The position numbers and the translations under genes were made by a program. DNA of 64,000 nucleotides, taken from Candidatus Cloacimonadales bacterium. Its GTDB lineage: Bacteria; Cloacimonadota; Cloacimonadia; Cloacimonadales; JAFGVF01. The notes under the pieces are model-generated. The model was not told where the DNA came from. It was given only the letters and a program-made list of their open reading frames with translations, and made no database searches. The stretch lies in the NCBI GenBank assembly GCA_963662585.1, contig OY759729.1:480001-544000 (forward strand), in the 5' to 3' direction. Of the stretch, positions 51,066 to 61,483 are shown one piece after another (within the stretch, counting starts at the first letter, position 1; the number at the start of each line of letters is the position of its first letter).

Positions 51066-52109
51066 TTACTCTTTATTCTCTTTCTTCTTAGTTTTTAGAT
51101 AAGCTTTAAACATATCAGGTAACTTGGTTTCTGCAGCCATAATTCTTCTTTGTAAGGCAACATCTCTGGCTGGATACCCTAATATTTTCAAGTCATCTTT
51201 AATAGTGCTATGAATACCTGATTTAGCTCCAGCCATAACTCTGTTGCCTATCTTTACATGATCAGCAACACCAACTTGTCCGGCAAGATAAACAAAATCA
51301 CCAACTTCTGTACTGCCGGCAATTCCCACTTGTGAGCAGATTATTGTATTCTCACCAATTTTCACATTATGGCCTATTTGCACTAAATTATCAATTTTTG
51401 TGTTTTTATCTATTATTGTAGAACCAATTGTGCCCCTATCAATACAGGAATTGGCTCCAATCTCGACATTATTTTTAATAATAACATTTCCTATTTGAGG
51501 TACTTTTTCTTGAATATTATTATAGAGAATATAGCCAAATCCATCAGCACCAATTACTGCACCAGCGTGAAGTGTTACCCCATTCTCTAAAATCATATTA
51601 TCATAGACTGTACAATTAGGAAATAAGTAGCAATTATGCCCAATAGAAGTATCTTCTTTGATTACGCAATTTGCTTCAATAGTAGTATCGTTTCCAATTT
51701 TCACATTATCTTCAATAACAACAAAATCAGCAATATGAACATTTTCACCGATTATTGCAGAAGGAGAAATGGAAGCTTTTTTAGATATAAATCTAGCTTT
51801 GCTTTGTTTATCCATCTCTATCCAAAGCTTTACTAATACCATAAAAGTAAAATATGGTTTATCTACTTTAAGTAAATTAGAATGTTTATTTAGAGAATTA
51901 TCAAAGTCTGAATTTACTATTATCAAACCAGCTTGGCAATCTTTAAGTTTGTTGATATATGCTTCATTCTCATAAAAACAAACTGAATGAGAATTGGCTT
52001 CATCAAGTTCTGCAACACCCTTCAGTGCTGTATCAAACCTAGAAACTAATTCTCCTTTAGCTTGCGAAAGGATATCTTCAATTTTTAGTTCTATTGTAAA
52101 AGTTTTCAT
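51066..52109 (-). CDS. lpxD: UDP-3-O-acylglucosamine N-acyltransferase
   Basis: GADGFGY, PQIG, IDRG, KIDNLVQIGHN. Confidence 0.95.
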   Translation of the reverse strand: MKTFTIELKIEDILSQAKGELVSRFDTALKGVAELDEANSHSVCFYENEAYINKLKDCQAGLIIVNSDFDNSLNKHSNLLKVDKPYFTFMVLVKLWIEMDKQSKARFISKKASISPSAIIGENVHIADFVVIEDNVKIGNDTTIEANCVIKEDTSIGHNCYLFPNCTVYDNMILENGVTLHAGAVIGADGFGYILYNNIQEKVPQIGNVIIKNNVEIGANSCIDRGTIGSTIIDKNTKIDNLVQIGHNVKIGENTIICSQVGIAGSTEVGDFVYLAGQVGVADHVKIGNRVMAGAKSGIHSTIKDDLKILGYPARDVALQRRIMAAETKLPDMFKAYLKTKKKENKE

Positions 52110-52116
52110 TAGTTAT

Positions 52117-52674
52117 CTATTTTTTACCGCTATCACTAGTACTAGAATCATTAGTTGTTGACTCACCACTATTTAATCTAGCAATAACTTTTTCTGTTAT
52201 ATCCATGTAGTCTTTAGCATACAGAACATTACCAGCAGTTATATCTAATACCATATCATAGTTATCATCAATAGCTATAGCTTGAATAACTTCATTGACT
52301 CTATCTAAGATTGGTTCTAACAACTCAGCATTTCTTGTTGCAGCAGTACCTTCTTGACCAAAATATTGTTGCATTTTTCTATTCAATGCTTCTTCTTTAG
52401 TCTTAATCTTATTCTCTGCATCTTTCTTTCCCTGTTCATTAAGGATAAGTTTTTTATTCTCATACTGAGCAGTCATACCTTCTAACTCTTGTTGCATAGC
52501 TTCAATTTCAGCTCTCCAAGCTTGACTTTCAGAATCAAAAATTCTTTTAGCTTCTTGAACATCGTTTGCTTCAACCATGATTCTTTCAACATTGACATAA
52601 GCAAGGTTAGTAGCGTTAGCTATCCCAATTGATAGACTAAGAATAAGCACAGTTAATATTATTATTTTTTTCAC
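52117..52674 (-). CDS. skp: OmpH/Skp chaperone
   Basis: Signal peptide, AYVNVERI, coiled coil, DIT..VI; lies upstream of lpxD. Confidence 0.9.
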   Translation of the reverse strand: MKKIIILTVLILSLSIGIANATNLAYVNVERIMVEANDVQEAKRIFDSESQAWRAEIEAMQQELEGMTAQYENKKLILNEQGKKDAENKIKTKEEALNRKMQQYFGQEGTAATRNAELLEPILDRVNEVIQAIAIDDNYDMVLDITAGNVLYAKDYMDITEKVIARLNSGESTTNDSSTSDSGKK

Positions 52675-53046
52675 ATTTCCTCCATGAAAATTAAATTTTA
52701 TTTATTATCTAAGACAATAATTTTATTTTTCTAATGTAGTCAATAAAATAATCTATAAATAATCTCACTAACTTAAATTCTTTTGTTAAGAGCTCCCTTA
52801 AAAGATAATTTCTAATAATAAAGCTCTTTTTCCTAATCATTCTTATCTGATTATAAACACTTACTTAAGCTTGAAATGCTAAATTATTAGTATCAAAGCT
52901 TACTTGGAATGAGTAAGTGTCAAAACTATGCAAAATAAATCCTCAAAATTAGAATTGTGAAAATAATTCTTGCCATGTATTTGATGCTGTTATAAAATTG
53001 CATTCGCTTATTTAACTTACTGATATTTAATAAATTGGAGGATTTA

Positions 53047-54708
53047 ATGATTAATATAGAAGTTTTCAAAGATGATATTTTAGTTAAAAGTTTAGAAATT
53101 GAGACATCTGGTTCGATTAAAACAATAGTTAATGGCTTTATAGAAAACTATGATGATATACTTTCATTCAAAATAGATAATAATAGATATCAAAACGAGA
53201 GTTTTATTGTTTCAAGAAATTGCAAAATAAACTGCATTACCTACAATCATATTGAAGGGAAAAGAATTTATCAAGATTCAGCAATCTTTATCCTAACTAA
53301 AGCAATCTATAATCTCTTTGCTGATAAAGTACAATTAGTTGTAGAGCATTCTATAGATGATGGAGTCTTTTGCGAACTTTTCGGACTAGATGATTACTCT
53401 GAGCAATATATCAATCTTATTCAAGAAGAAATGGAGAAGATAGTAAAGAAAGGACTCTGGATTGATAAACTTAGATTTACTTGGGACCAAGCTAAAGAAA
53501 TCTTAAAGAGACAAGGTAGAAAAGATCTGATAAAAAACCTAGACTACTATTCTGATCGTGAAATACTTCTCTATAAATGTGGTGAATATTATGATTTCTA
53601 CTCTCGTCCTTTAGCAGATAATACCAAAAATGTACCAGCTTTTAAAGTTGATTATCAAGAACCAGGCCTTATTTTAAGATTCCCTCAAAGAGGTTCTTTC
53701 ACTATGAGAGAAAATATTCATTTCTCTAAAAAAGTATTTTCTGCACATCAATTACATGACAAATGGTTAAACAATCTTAAAGTTCATAACATTATTGATA
53801 TTAATAAGCTGATAGATGATTATCAAATAGGTAATTTTATTCTTCATGAAGAAGCTTTACATGAAAAGAAAATCGCCAATATCGCTGATGAAATTGCCCA
53901 AACAAATAAAAAGATTATTTTAATTGCCGGACCTTCATCTTCTGGAAAAACAACATTCTCCCATAGATTAGCTGTTCAGTTATTAGTATCTGGACTTAAA
54001 CCTATCGTAATTGGCTTAGATGACTATTTTTTAAGTAGAGACAAAACACCTATTTTATCAAATGGAGAATTTGATTTCGAGTCAATCCATGCTTTAGATT
54101 TAGAGCTCTTAAATAAACATCTTACTGACTTGTTAGCAGGTAAAGAAGTAGAGCTACCTAAGTATAATTTTGGCAGGGGTTTATCTGAGAATAGTGGTAA
54201 GAAAGTAAGACTTAATGCTGATAATGTAATAGTAATGGAAGGTATCCATGGACTCAATCCAGAATTAACGGCTCAGATTCCTGATGATAAAAAAGTAAAA
54301 ATCTATGTTACTGCTCTTAATCAACTCAATATCGATAACCATAACAGGATTCCTACTACAGATTGTCGCAAAATTAGAAGATCTGTAAGAGATTATTATT
54401 ATCGTGGTTATAGTGCTAATGAAACTCTTTCCCGCTGGCAATCAGTTAGAGATGGAGAAAATAAGAATATCTTTCCTTACCAAGAAAATGCTGATTACAT
54501 CTTTAATAGTGGCTTAACTTATGAGCTTGGTTGTCTGAAAAGTCATGCTTATAAAGAATTAAAGAAAATCCCTGAATGCTCATCAAATTATACCGAAGCC
54601 CAAAGATTATTAGTTCTTTTAAGCTTCATTAAGGATATACCAGAGAAACTTGTTCCTAATAATTCTATCTTAAGAGAATTTATTGGGGGAAGTGTCTTTA
54701 TAGGTTAA
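53047..54708 (+). CDS. Nucleoside (uridine) kinase with N-terminal ThrRS-like domain
   Basis: IAGPSSSGKTT, LDDYF, EGIHGLN, RDYYYRG, IFPYQENAD; start placed at the ATG after GGAGG. Confidence 0.9.
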   Translation: MINIEVFKDDILVKSLEIETSGSIKTIVNGFIENYDDILSFKIDNNRYQNESFIVSRNCKINCITYNHIEGKRIYQDSAIFILTKAIYNLFADKVQLVVEHSIDDGVFCELFGLDDYSEQYINLIQEEMEKIVKKGLWIDKLRFTWDQAKEILKRQGRKDLIKNLDYYSDREILLYKCGEYYDFYSRPLADNTKNVPAFKVDYQEPGLILRFPQRGSFTMRENIHFSKKVFSAHQLHDKWLNNLKVHNIIDINKLIDDYQIGNFILHEEALHEKKIANIADEIAQTNKKIILIAGPSSSGKTTFSHRLAVQLLVSGLKPIVIGLDDYFLSRDKTPILSNGEFDFESIHALDLELLNKHLTDLLAGKEVELPKYNFGRGLSENSGKKVRLNADNVIVMEGIHGLNPELTAQIPDDKKVKIYVTALNQLNIDNHNRIPTTDCRKIRRSVRDYYYRGYSANETLSRWQSVRDGENKNIFPYQENADYIFNSGLTYELGCLKSHAYKELKKIPECSSNYTEAQRLLVLLSFIKDIPEKLVPNNSILREFIGGSVFIG

Positions 54709-54712
54709 AAAA

Positions 54713-55072
54713 ATGCCAGCAATATTAACTTTAGATTATAATTACACACCAGTAGATCAGCCATGGTTCTCAAAGACATTCGGCACCTATGCTGATCTAC
54801 TAAAGTGGTTGAGAGAAGATTCGATTATTGTTATTGAGAGTGCTAAATTAACTGATGAAAGACTAAATAAAAAACTAATCTTAACTAAACTAGCTCTACC
54901 TAGAGTGACTATCTTAGTTATCTACAAAGAGGATAAGCCAGATAATAGTAGTTTTTTTAATAATATTCTTGAGAGTGAACTTGAAGAAATAATTCATAAG
55001 GCCCTTATAAATCAACACAAGATAATTGATAATAGGGAAAATTTAAAAGAGGTGCTCGAGTTATTTTCCTAG
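54713..55072 (+). CDS. Hypothetical protein
   Basis: 119 aa ORF starting 5 nt after the kinase stop. Confidence 0.6.
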   Translation: MPAILTLDYNYTPVDQPWFSKTFGTYADLLKWLREDSIIVIESAKLTDERLNKKLILTKLALPRVTILVIYKEDKPDNSSFFNNILESELEEIIHKALINQHKIIDNRENLKEVLELFS

Positions 55073-55137
55073 AATAAATATTGTTTTTTCTTTAATTACT
55101 TGTAAATTATTACTATAATACATTATTTTGAGGTGGA

Positions 55138-56301
55138 ATGCGTAGAAAAAATAACTTTCTGAAATTCATTACTAACAACAGAAAGATCGTTGATCTATTC
55201 AAGATTGTTTCTTTGATAACTGGATTAATTCTAGTTGGTTCACTAGTAATTACTTTTTTTGAGCCTAATAAAATTAATCCTAATGTTAACATCAAAACAT
55301 TCTTTGATGCTGTTTGGTGGACTATAGTAACCATCACTTCTGTAGGTTATGGAGATTATTATCCTGTTACTATAACTGGTAGGATAATAGGTATTTTCAT
55401 TATAATTTCTGGATTTGTTATTTTTTCTACATTTACTGCTTATATTGCCAGCAATTTTATTGATCAAAAGATTAAAGAGAGGAAAGGTTTGAACAAAGTT
55501 AAATTACGGAATCATATAGTGATTTGTGGTTGGAACAACAGTGCTAAAAGAATCCTAAAGTTCTTGGTAGAGCATATCAATGAAAGTCCTGTAACAGTTG
55601 TTCTTATTAATGAGTTGGACGAGAATACAGTCTCAACTATCAGAAACCATTATGAACAGATAGATATAAAATTCATTAGAGGTGATTTTACCAACCAAGA
55701 TATACTCAATAGAGCAAATATTAAAGATGCAAATCAAATTATCATACTATTTGATGAAAGTTGTAAGGATTCAGTTCCTTCAGACGAGAGAACAATAATT
55801 GCTGCTCATAATATCAGTTTTTTAAAGGTAAAAGGCCAGATTAATCTTCAATTAAAGCACGAGAAATATCTTCCTAGTATTCAGAGAGATAAAATTCAGA
55901 ATGTTGTAATTTATGAAGATATCGGTGGAGATATTTTAGCAAACTCTACTCTTCAACCAACTATACCTAACTTTATCCAGACCTTAATTAAAGGAAATGA
56001 TCAGAAAGGATTTAAGGAGTATGAAATTTCTCAAGATTTTATCGGAAGAACCTTCAAAGAACTATTTGATTATCTTAAAAAAGAAAAGGGTCTTATTTTA
56101 CTGGGCATAGTAACTGTTCAACCTGAATTTTCTATTGATGATATTCTCTCCGATAACTCATCAAGCATTGATATGTTCATCAAACAACAATTTCAGCAAT
56201 CTAATAAGAAGATAAATTTCATTAACCAAAATGATAACATCAAAATTAAACCTAATGATGATTACATAATCGATGCTAATGATACTGCTATTGTATTATG
56301 A
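55138..56301 (+). CDS. Two-TM potassium channel with RCK/TrkA-N domain
   Basis: Pore WWTIVTITSVGYGD; HIVICGW; RGDFT...L.RANI. Confidence 0.92.
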   Translation: MRRKNNFLKFITNNRKIVDLFKIVSLITGLILVGSLVITFFEPNKINPNVNIKTFFDAVWWTIVTITSVGYGDYYPVTITGRIIGIFIIISGFVIFSTFTAYIASNFIDQKIKERKGLNKVKLRNHIVICGWNNSAKRILKFLVEHINESPVTVVLINELDENTVSTIRNHYEQIDIKFIRGDFTNQDILNRANIKDANQIIILFDESCKDSVPSDERTIIAAHNISFLKVKGQINLQLKHEKYLPSIQRDKIQNVVIYEDIGGDILANSTLQPTIPNFIQTLIKGNDQKGFKEYEISQDFIGRTFKELFDYLKKEKGLILLGIVTVQPEFSIDDILSDNSSSIDMFIKQQFQQSNKKINFINQNDNIKIKPNDDYIIDANDTAIVL

Positions 56302-56309
56302 GGTGATTT

Positions 56310-56801
56310 ATGAACAATAAAAACTTCTTACAAAATATCAAACTCTTTTCTGATTTATCATCTGAAGAGATAGAGATTATTGAAAAGGCTCTTAAGTTAG
56401 TAACTTATAAAGCTAAAGAAGTAATTTTTGAAGAAGACAGCTCAGGGAATGAACTTTTTTTGCTATATGAAGGTCAAGTATGTATTTCTAAAAAGACATC
56501 ATTCATAGATAACCAGAGCAATATTAACAAGACATTAATCAAACTTAAAGCTGAAGATTTTCCTTTTTTTGGGGAAGTAGGCTTGTTAGGAAAACAATTA
56601 AGAACAGCTACTGTTACTGCTGTTACTGACTGCAAATTATATACTATCGACCATGATAATTTTGTTAAAATAATTAAAGAGCATCACCATATTGGAGTTG
56701 TTGTATTATGGGAAATATCACATAAATTAGCCCAGATATTAGAGAAAACAGACTCAGATATCTTAAAGTTAACTACTGCTTTAATCTATGCCTTAAGATA
56801 G
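56310..56801 (+). CDS. Stand-alone cyclic-nucleotide-binding domain protein
   Basis: LFSDLS, FFGEVGLL...RTATV; no HTH. Confidence 0.9.
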   Translation: MNNKNFLQNIKLFSDLSSEEIEIIEKALKLVTYKAKEVIFEEDSSGNELFLLYEGQVCISKKTSFIDNQSNINKTLIKLKAEDFPFFGEVGLLGKQLRTATVTAVTDCKLYTIDHDNFVKIIKEHHHIGVVVLWEISHKLAQILEKTDSDILKLTTALIYALR

Positions 56802-56802
56802 T

Positions 56803-57735
56803 TTATCTATATTGGAATATTCTAAGCTTCTTGTCTTTACTAAGAACAAAAAGATAATCTTGATAGAAGGCTATGTCATAGAGATAATTTCCATCATTAT
56901 AAGATGTTGCATGTTCAATAGTGCTATCTGACCCTATCTTATAAACTTCAAGTCCCCCTTCACCGAGGATAACAAATAATTCATTTCCTTCAACCTTAAT
57001 ATTCCTAATTGTATAAGGAAAGTATAAGACTTCCTTTTCTTTAATCTTTCCTGGTAGAGAAATATCTAAGATATTTAGTGTACGATTAGAGACTGCGAAT
57101 AACAAATCATCATAAACTTCAACAATATCACACTTAAAGACATTATAATTCTGACCAAAAGGCATAGGATGATTAATGTTGGATAAGTTAACCGTAGCAA
57201 CTCCGTGGGCATTTCCGGCATAAAGAAGAGGCCATTTCGCAGCAATTGTGTTCAAGCCCCAGTCATTATGATAATTACTTATAATATTATTAGATAGGTT
57301 TGTTCCCATATCATAAATTGTTAAGCCATTATCTTTATGAGCTAAATAAAGAAGAGTTCCATCTTGAACAACTTGATTACCATAATAAGCCCGTACTTCG
57401 ATGTTTCTTCCTGTAGTTACCAAAGAATCTATATTCCTCTTAGAAGATATAATCGTATTAAGGGCAACAGCTACTTTCTTAGAAGTTAAAATTTCAATAT
57501 CATTTATTTCATCATTGAAGGTATAGGCACCGTTCAATGTAAAATTATAAATATCGAACATTGAATAAACAAAGAGCTTATTATTACTCCCAACAGAAAG
57601 TATATTATTATTATGTTCAACTATCTCACCACTAACATCAATTTCTCTACCTGTATCCCAAATATATTTATTGAAACTTGCATTCAAGAGAGCAAGAGAA
57701 AAAGTTATTAGACAGAGTAAGATTATTTTTTTCAT
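56803..57735 (-). CDS. Secreted LVIVD-repeat-like beta-propeller protein
   Basis: Signal peptide; repeats GLTIYDM, LNILDISLP, GLEVYKI. Confidence 0.6.
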   Translation of the reverse strand: MKKIILLCLITFSLALLNASFNKYIWDTGREIDVSGEIVEHNNNILSVGSNNKLFVYSMFDIYNFTLNGAYTFNDEINDIEILTSKKVAVALNTIISSKRNIDSLVTTGRNIEVRAYYGNQVVQDGTLLYLAHKDNGLTIYDMGTNLSNNIISNYHNDWGLNTIAAKWPLLYAGNAHGVATVNLSNINHPMPFGQNYNVFKCDIVEVYDDLLFAVSNRTLNILDISLPGKIKEKEVLYFPYTIRNIKVEGNELFVILGEGGLEVYKIGSDSTIEHATSYNDGNYLYDIAFYQDYLFVLSKDKKLRIFQYR

Positions 57736-57736
57736 C

Positions 57737-58714
57737 TTATTTTAACAGTTTATTTATAATATCGATTGATTTTATACCTTCAGCATCAGCTGCAAAAGAA
57801 GGTAGCACTCTATGTCTTAGAACTAAAGGAGCTACAAACTTGATATCATCTTCGGAAGGAGTTAGTCTTCCTAGCAATGCAGCTCTAGCTTTAGCTGCTA
57901 GTACTAAATATTGAGAAGCTCTTGGACCTGCACCCCAACTAATAAGTTCTGAAATTTCTTTAACACTTACTTCAGAATTTGGTCTTGTCTTACGGACTAA
58001 CTTGACTGCATATTCATAGACATGTTGACTCACAGGAATATCCAAGATTGCTTTCTGAATTGCGATAATTTCATCACCAGAAATAATTGGTTTAATCTCT
58101 TGTATTTGAGTATTGGTAGTTACTTTTACAATTTCCAATTCATCTTCATAAGTAGGGTAGTCAATTATAATATTAAACATAAATCTATCTAATTGAGCTT
58201 CAGGAAGCGGATAAGTTCCTTCTTGTTCAATAGGATTCTGGGTAGCTAACACAAGAAAAGGTCTATCTAACTTATAAGTTTTATTTCCATTAGTTATTTC
58301 ATACTCTTGCATCGCCTGCAATAAAGCTGCTTGAGTTTTAGGAGGTGTTCTATTAATCTCATCAGCGAGAATAATATTAGCAAAAATAGGACCCTTTATA
58401 TATTCAAAATATCTTTTACCATCACTTTTATTCTCAGAAAGAATATCAGTACCTGTAATATCAGAAGGCATTAAATCTGGTGTGAATTGAATTCTACTAA
58501 ACTCCAAGTTCATTACTTTTGCTAAACTAGATATAAGCAATGTTTTAGCTAAACCTGGTACACCTTCTAGCAATATGTGACCATTAGCAAATAAGGCAAT
58601 TAAAATCTTTTCAACTACATCATCCTGTCCTACAATTACTTTTTTTAATTCTTTAATTATATCAAATTTTACACTTTTTAATTTATCAATTAATTCTACA
58701 TTAGAATTACTCAT
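57737..58714 (-). CDS. moxR: MoxR family AAA+ ATPase
   Basis: GVPGLAKT, RIQFTPDLMPSD, ADEINR, ATQNPIEQEGTYPLPEAQLDRF. Confidence 0.95.
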   Translation of the reverse strand: MSNSNVELIDKLKSVKFDIIKELKKVIVGQDDVVEKILIALFANGHILLEGVPGLAKTLLISSLAKVMNLEFSRIQFTPDLMPSDITGTDILSENKSDGKRYFEYIKGPIFANIILADEINRTPPKTQAALLQAMQEYEITNGNKTYKLDRPFLVLATQNPIEQEGTYPLPEAQLDRFMFNIIIDYPTYEDELEIVKVTTNTQIQEIKPIISGDEIIAIQKAILDIPVSQHVYEYAVKLVRKTRPNSEVSVKEISELISWGAGPRASQYLVLAAKARAALLGRLTPSEDDIKFVAPLVLRHRVLPSFAADAEGIKSIDIINKLLK

Positions 58715-59705
58715 TTTTACTCCTATCAATTAAATCTACTATTTTCACACCAATCATACTTAATGATAATATACCTAAAACAGTTACGACAATACCTGTC
58801 AAAAGATGAGCAACAGCTATCAATGAACCTGCATCACCATAATTCATTCCCATTCCTGTAACAAAAATCAAACTCATCAAGATCTCATTACTTCCTAACT
58901 GCCCTGGAGGTTGAGGTAAAATATAAGAGAGATTCAAGAGAGTGTAGCCAAAGAATATCATGGCTATATTTATAGATGTGAATCCGAACGCCTTAAACAT
59001 TAAATAGAAATATAATCCGTCAAGAACAATTCCTATTATTGTTAAAATAACTACTTCTAGAAAAATTTTATGATGATGTTTAAAGAGAGCAGTTCCCTCT
59101 ACAAACATCTCTATCATAGAATATACTTTGTCTTGATATTTTTCAGGAACAAAGAAGAATACTTTTTTAAGCAGGATGATCAATTTTTTTTCGGCAATAA
59201 TGGCACTTAACAGAACCAAAATACCAAGAACAAAAATTATCAAAAGAACAATAACTAACCATTGCAAGATAGGCACCATTGCTATATCTAAAATTGGAAT
59301 CATTACTAATACTATAAAAATACCTATTGTATCAAAAAATTTATCAATGAATATTGAAGGTAACACAAGAGATATTGGAGTATTTGTACTTTTTTTAATC
59401 ATGATAGCTTTGGCTGCTTCACCTGCCCTAATAGGGATAAGATAATTAATAAAATTACCACTCAGAGACCATAAATAAGTCTGTTTGAGAGAAAATACTC
59501 TTAATGGATTTAGTAATCTATTCCATCTAACTGATCTGATAAAGTAAGCCATAACATAGGATAGCATACTAAGAATAACAAAGTATATCTTTAAGTTCTG
59601 GATATTTTCCCAGAATTTATCAAAATCAAAAAAATAAGCCCATATTGATAAGAAAACAAGACCAAAGAGAATTCCAAATACTAGCGATTTTTGATATCTT
59701 TTCAT
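58707..59705 (-). CDS. Lysylphosphatidylglycerol synthase TM / flippase-like (UPF0104) protein
   Basis: RSVRW, NYLIPIRAGE, PQPPGQLGSNE. Confidence 0.85.
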   Translation of the reverse strand: MKRYQKSLVFGILFGLVFLSIWAYFFDFDKFWENIQNLKIYFVILSMLSYVMAYFIRSVRWNRLLNPLRVFSLKQTYLWSLSGNFINYLIPIRAGEAAKAIMIKKSTNTPISLVLPSIFIDKFFDTIGIFIVLVMIPILDIAMVPILQWLVIVLLIIFVLGILVLLSAIIAEKKLIILLKKVFFFVPEKYQDKVYSMIEMFVEGTALFKHHHKIFLEVVILTIIGIVLDGLYFYLMFKAFGFTSINIAMIFFGYTLLNLSYILPQPPGQLGSNEILMSLIFVTGMGMNYGDAGSLIAVAHLLTGIVVTVLGILSLSMIGVKIVDLIDRSKNE

Positions 59706-59720
59706 ATCACTAGGAGCCTC

Positions 59721-60677
59721 TTAGTCTAAAATTTCCGAAATTGCCATGAAAGTATTCACTTTTTGAACATTGAAATCTCTAGTTAAATCTTCAATATCAT
59801 AAAACCAATTATGAGTTAATCTCTCTAGAAAGTTTCCCCCAAAGACAAAGTTAAACCTATAGAATAAATTAGCCAAATTTCTTCCGATATAGAGATTTAA
59901 TTGAAAAATAGTCTTATAATTTTTCTTATTTTGTTTTTTACTGATGTAATTTATTAACTCTTTTAAAATGACTGGCTCAAAATCAGCCACATTATAATTC
60001 TTCCCTAGAACATTGTCATTATTGATAGCTTGCTCTAAAATATTTATTAACAAATCAATACTACAAAGATGAACATAAATTCTTTCGTTTATCTTAGGTA
60101 GAATTTTGTATTTAATTAATTTCACTAAGGTATTAAAAAAGCCACAACACTTGTTACCATATAATTGTGATGGTCTTAAAATTACAGCTTGCAAACCTTT
60201 CAGTCTATTTTGTTCAATCAAAGACTCTATCTCTGCTATCATTTTAGCTCTGTAGCCAAAAATAACTTTTTCTGTTCTGTCATGACTGGGTAGCTCAAAG
60301 GGAGAATTACCATAAATTGCCACTGATGAGCAGTAAATCAGCTTTGCTTTACTTTTAAGACAATACTCAATAATTTGCTGAGTAGCAAAAACATTGGCAA
60401 TTCGCAAGGCTTTTCTGCCCCTATTAGGATTTCTATGAAAATCAGGAATATGAATTATAGTATCATATTGATTCAAAGAAAAATGCTTTTTTAATATCAA
60501 AGTATTGCTGATAGTTAATGGAATTAGAGACATCTTTCCTTTAAGCTCGGAATATTTATCTGAATCATCACCTTCAGGATAAAAAGCAAAGATATTATAA
60601 CTACGACAACTAATTTTATTACACAGAGCTAATCCAATATTGCTATTGAGATTGGTAATTAATACATTCTTTTTCAT
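59721..60677 (-). CDS. NAD-dependent epimerase/dehydratase-fold protein (degenerate)
   Basis: N-terminal VLIT..., ANV.AT, YCSSVAIYG, ILRPSQLYG, YNVAD. Confidence 0.8.
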   Translation of the reverse strand: MKKNVLITNLNSNIGLALCNKISCRSYNIFAFYPEGDDSDKYSELKGKMSLIPLTISNTLILKKHFSLNQYDTIIHIPDFHRNPNRGRKALRIANVFATQQIIEYCLKSKAKLIYCSSVAIYGNSPFELPSHDRTEKVIFGYRAKMIAEIESLIEQNRLKGLQAVILRPSQLYGNKCCGFFNTLVKLIKYKILPKINERIYVHLCSIDLLINILEQAINNDNVLGKNYNVADFEPVILKELINYISKKQNKKNYKTIFQLNLYIGRNLANLFYRFNFVFGGNFLERLTHNWFYDIEDLTRDFNVQKVNTFMAISEILD

Positions 60678-61481
60678 TTAGTTTCTTATAAAAGAAATTA
60701 CTTTCTTCCACCATGGTCTATGCCTTCTCTGTTTTCGTGTACTATCTACTTTAACATAGACAGGCTCAATATCTTCATTATTATAAACTTTTATAGGATT
60801 TTCATAGAACAAAAGATTAGCAGTTATTTCGTCGATTTTATCTGCTACTTTATAATAGGCTTTTTTTAAAATATAGTCAGAATGGCGACAATGGTCATCT
60901 GAGGCAACAAAGTGAGCATAACCTTTATATAATAATCTCCAAGAGATCTCCTTAACTTTTTTCCCATGATAACCAAGTAAACTCGAAGCATTCACTTGCA
61001 CAAGCACATCTCTATCAATAAATTCTTTTACAATATGAGGATGAACATGAACATAGCTATAGCGTTCTGGATGAGCCAAAATTGGTCTAAACCTATTCAT
61101 TTGGAGTTCATAAATAAAACTCTTAGAATTATCGCTGATGTCATTCAGAGAAGTTTCAAACAAAACATAATTTGAACTTCCTAGTGTTAACCTTTCTTCC
61201 TTGACCTGCTCAAGAAGTGTGTCATCACAATAAACCTCTGCCCCCAAGATAAGTTCAATATTTAACGAATTTTTACTTACCTCTTCTTTTAACAGCTCAA
61301 ATTGTTTAACTACTTCTTCTTTTTTATTGGCATATTTACCCAACATATAATGGGGGGTGAGAAAAATCTTCTCAACCCCATTATCTGAAATTTTACTTAA
61401 ATGTTCGATAGATTTCTCTAAAGAATCAGAACCATCATCGACATTGGGTAATATGTGAGTATGAATATCAATAATCTTCAT
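60678..61481 (-). CDS. CpsB/CapC PHP-family tyrosine-protein phosphatase
   Basis: IDIHTHILPNVDDG, TPH, AHPERY, ASDDH. Confidence 0.92.
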   Translation of the reverse strand: MKIIDIHTHILPNVDDGSDSLEKSIEHLSKISDNGVEKIFLTPHYMLGKYANKKEEVVKQFELLKEEVSKNSLNIELILGAEVYCDDTLLEQVKEERLTLGSSNYVLFETSLNDISDNSKSFIYELQMNRFRPILAHPERYSYVHVHPHIVKEFIDRDVLVQVNASSLLGYHGKKVKEISWRLLYKGYAHFVASDDHCRHSDYILKKAYYKVADKIDEITANLLFYENPIKVYNNEDIEPVYVKVDSTRKQRRHRPWWKKVISFIRN

Positions 61482-61483
61482 AT

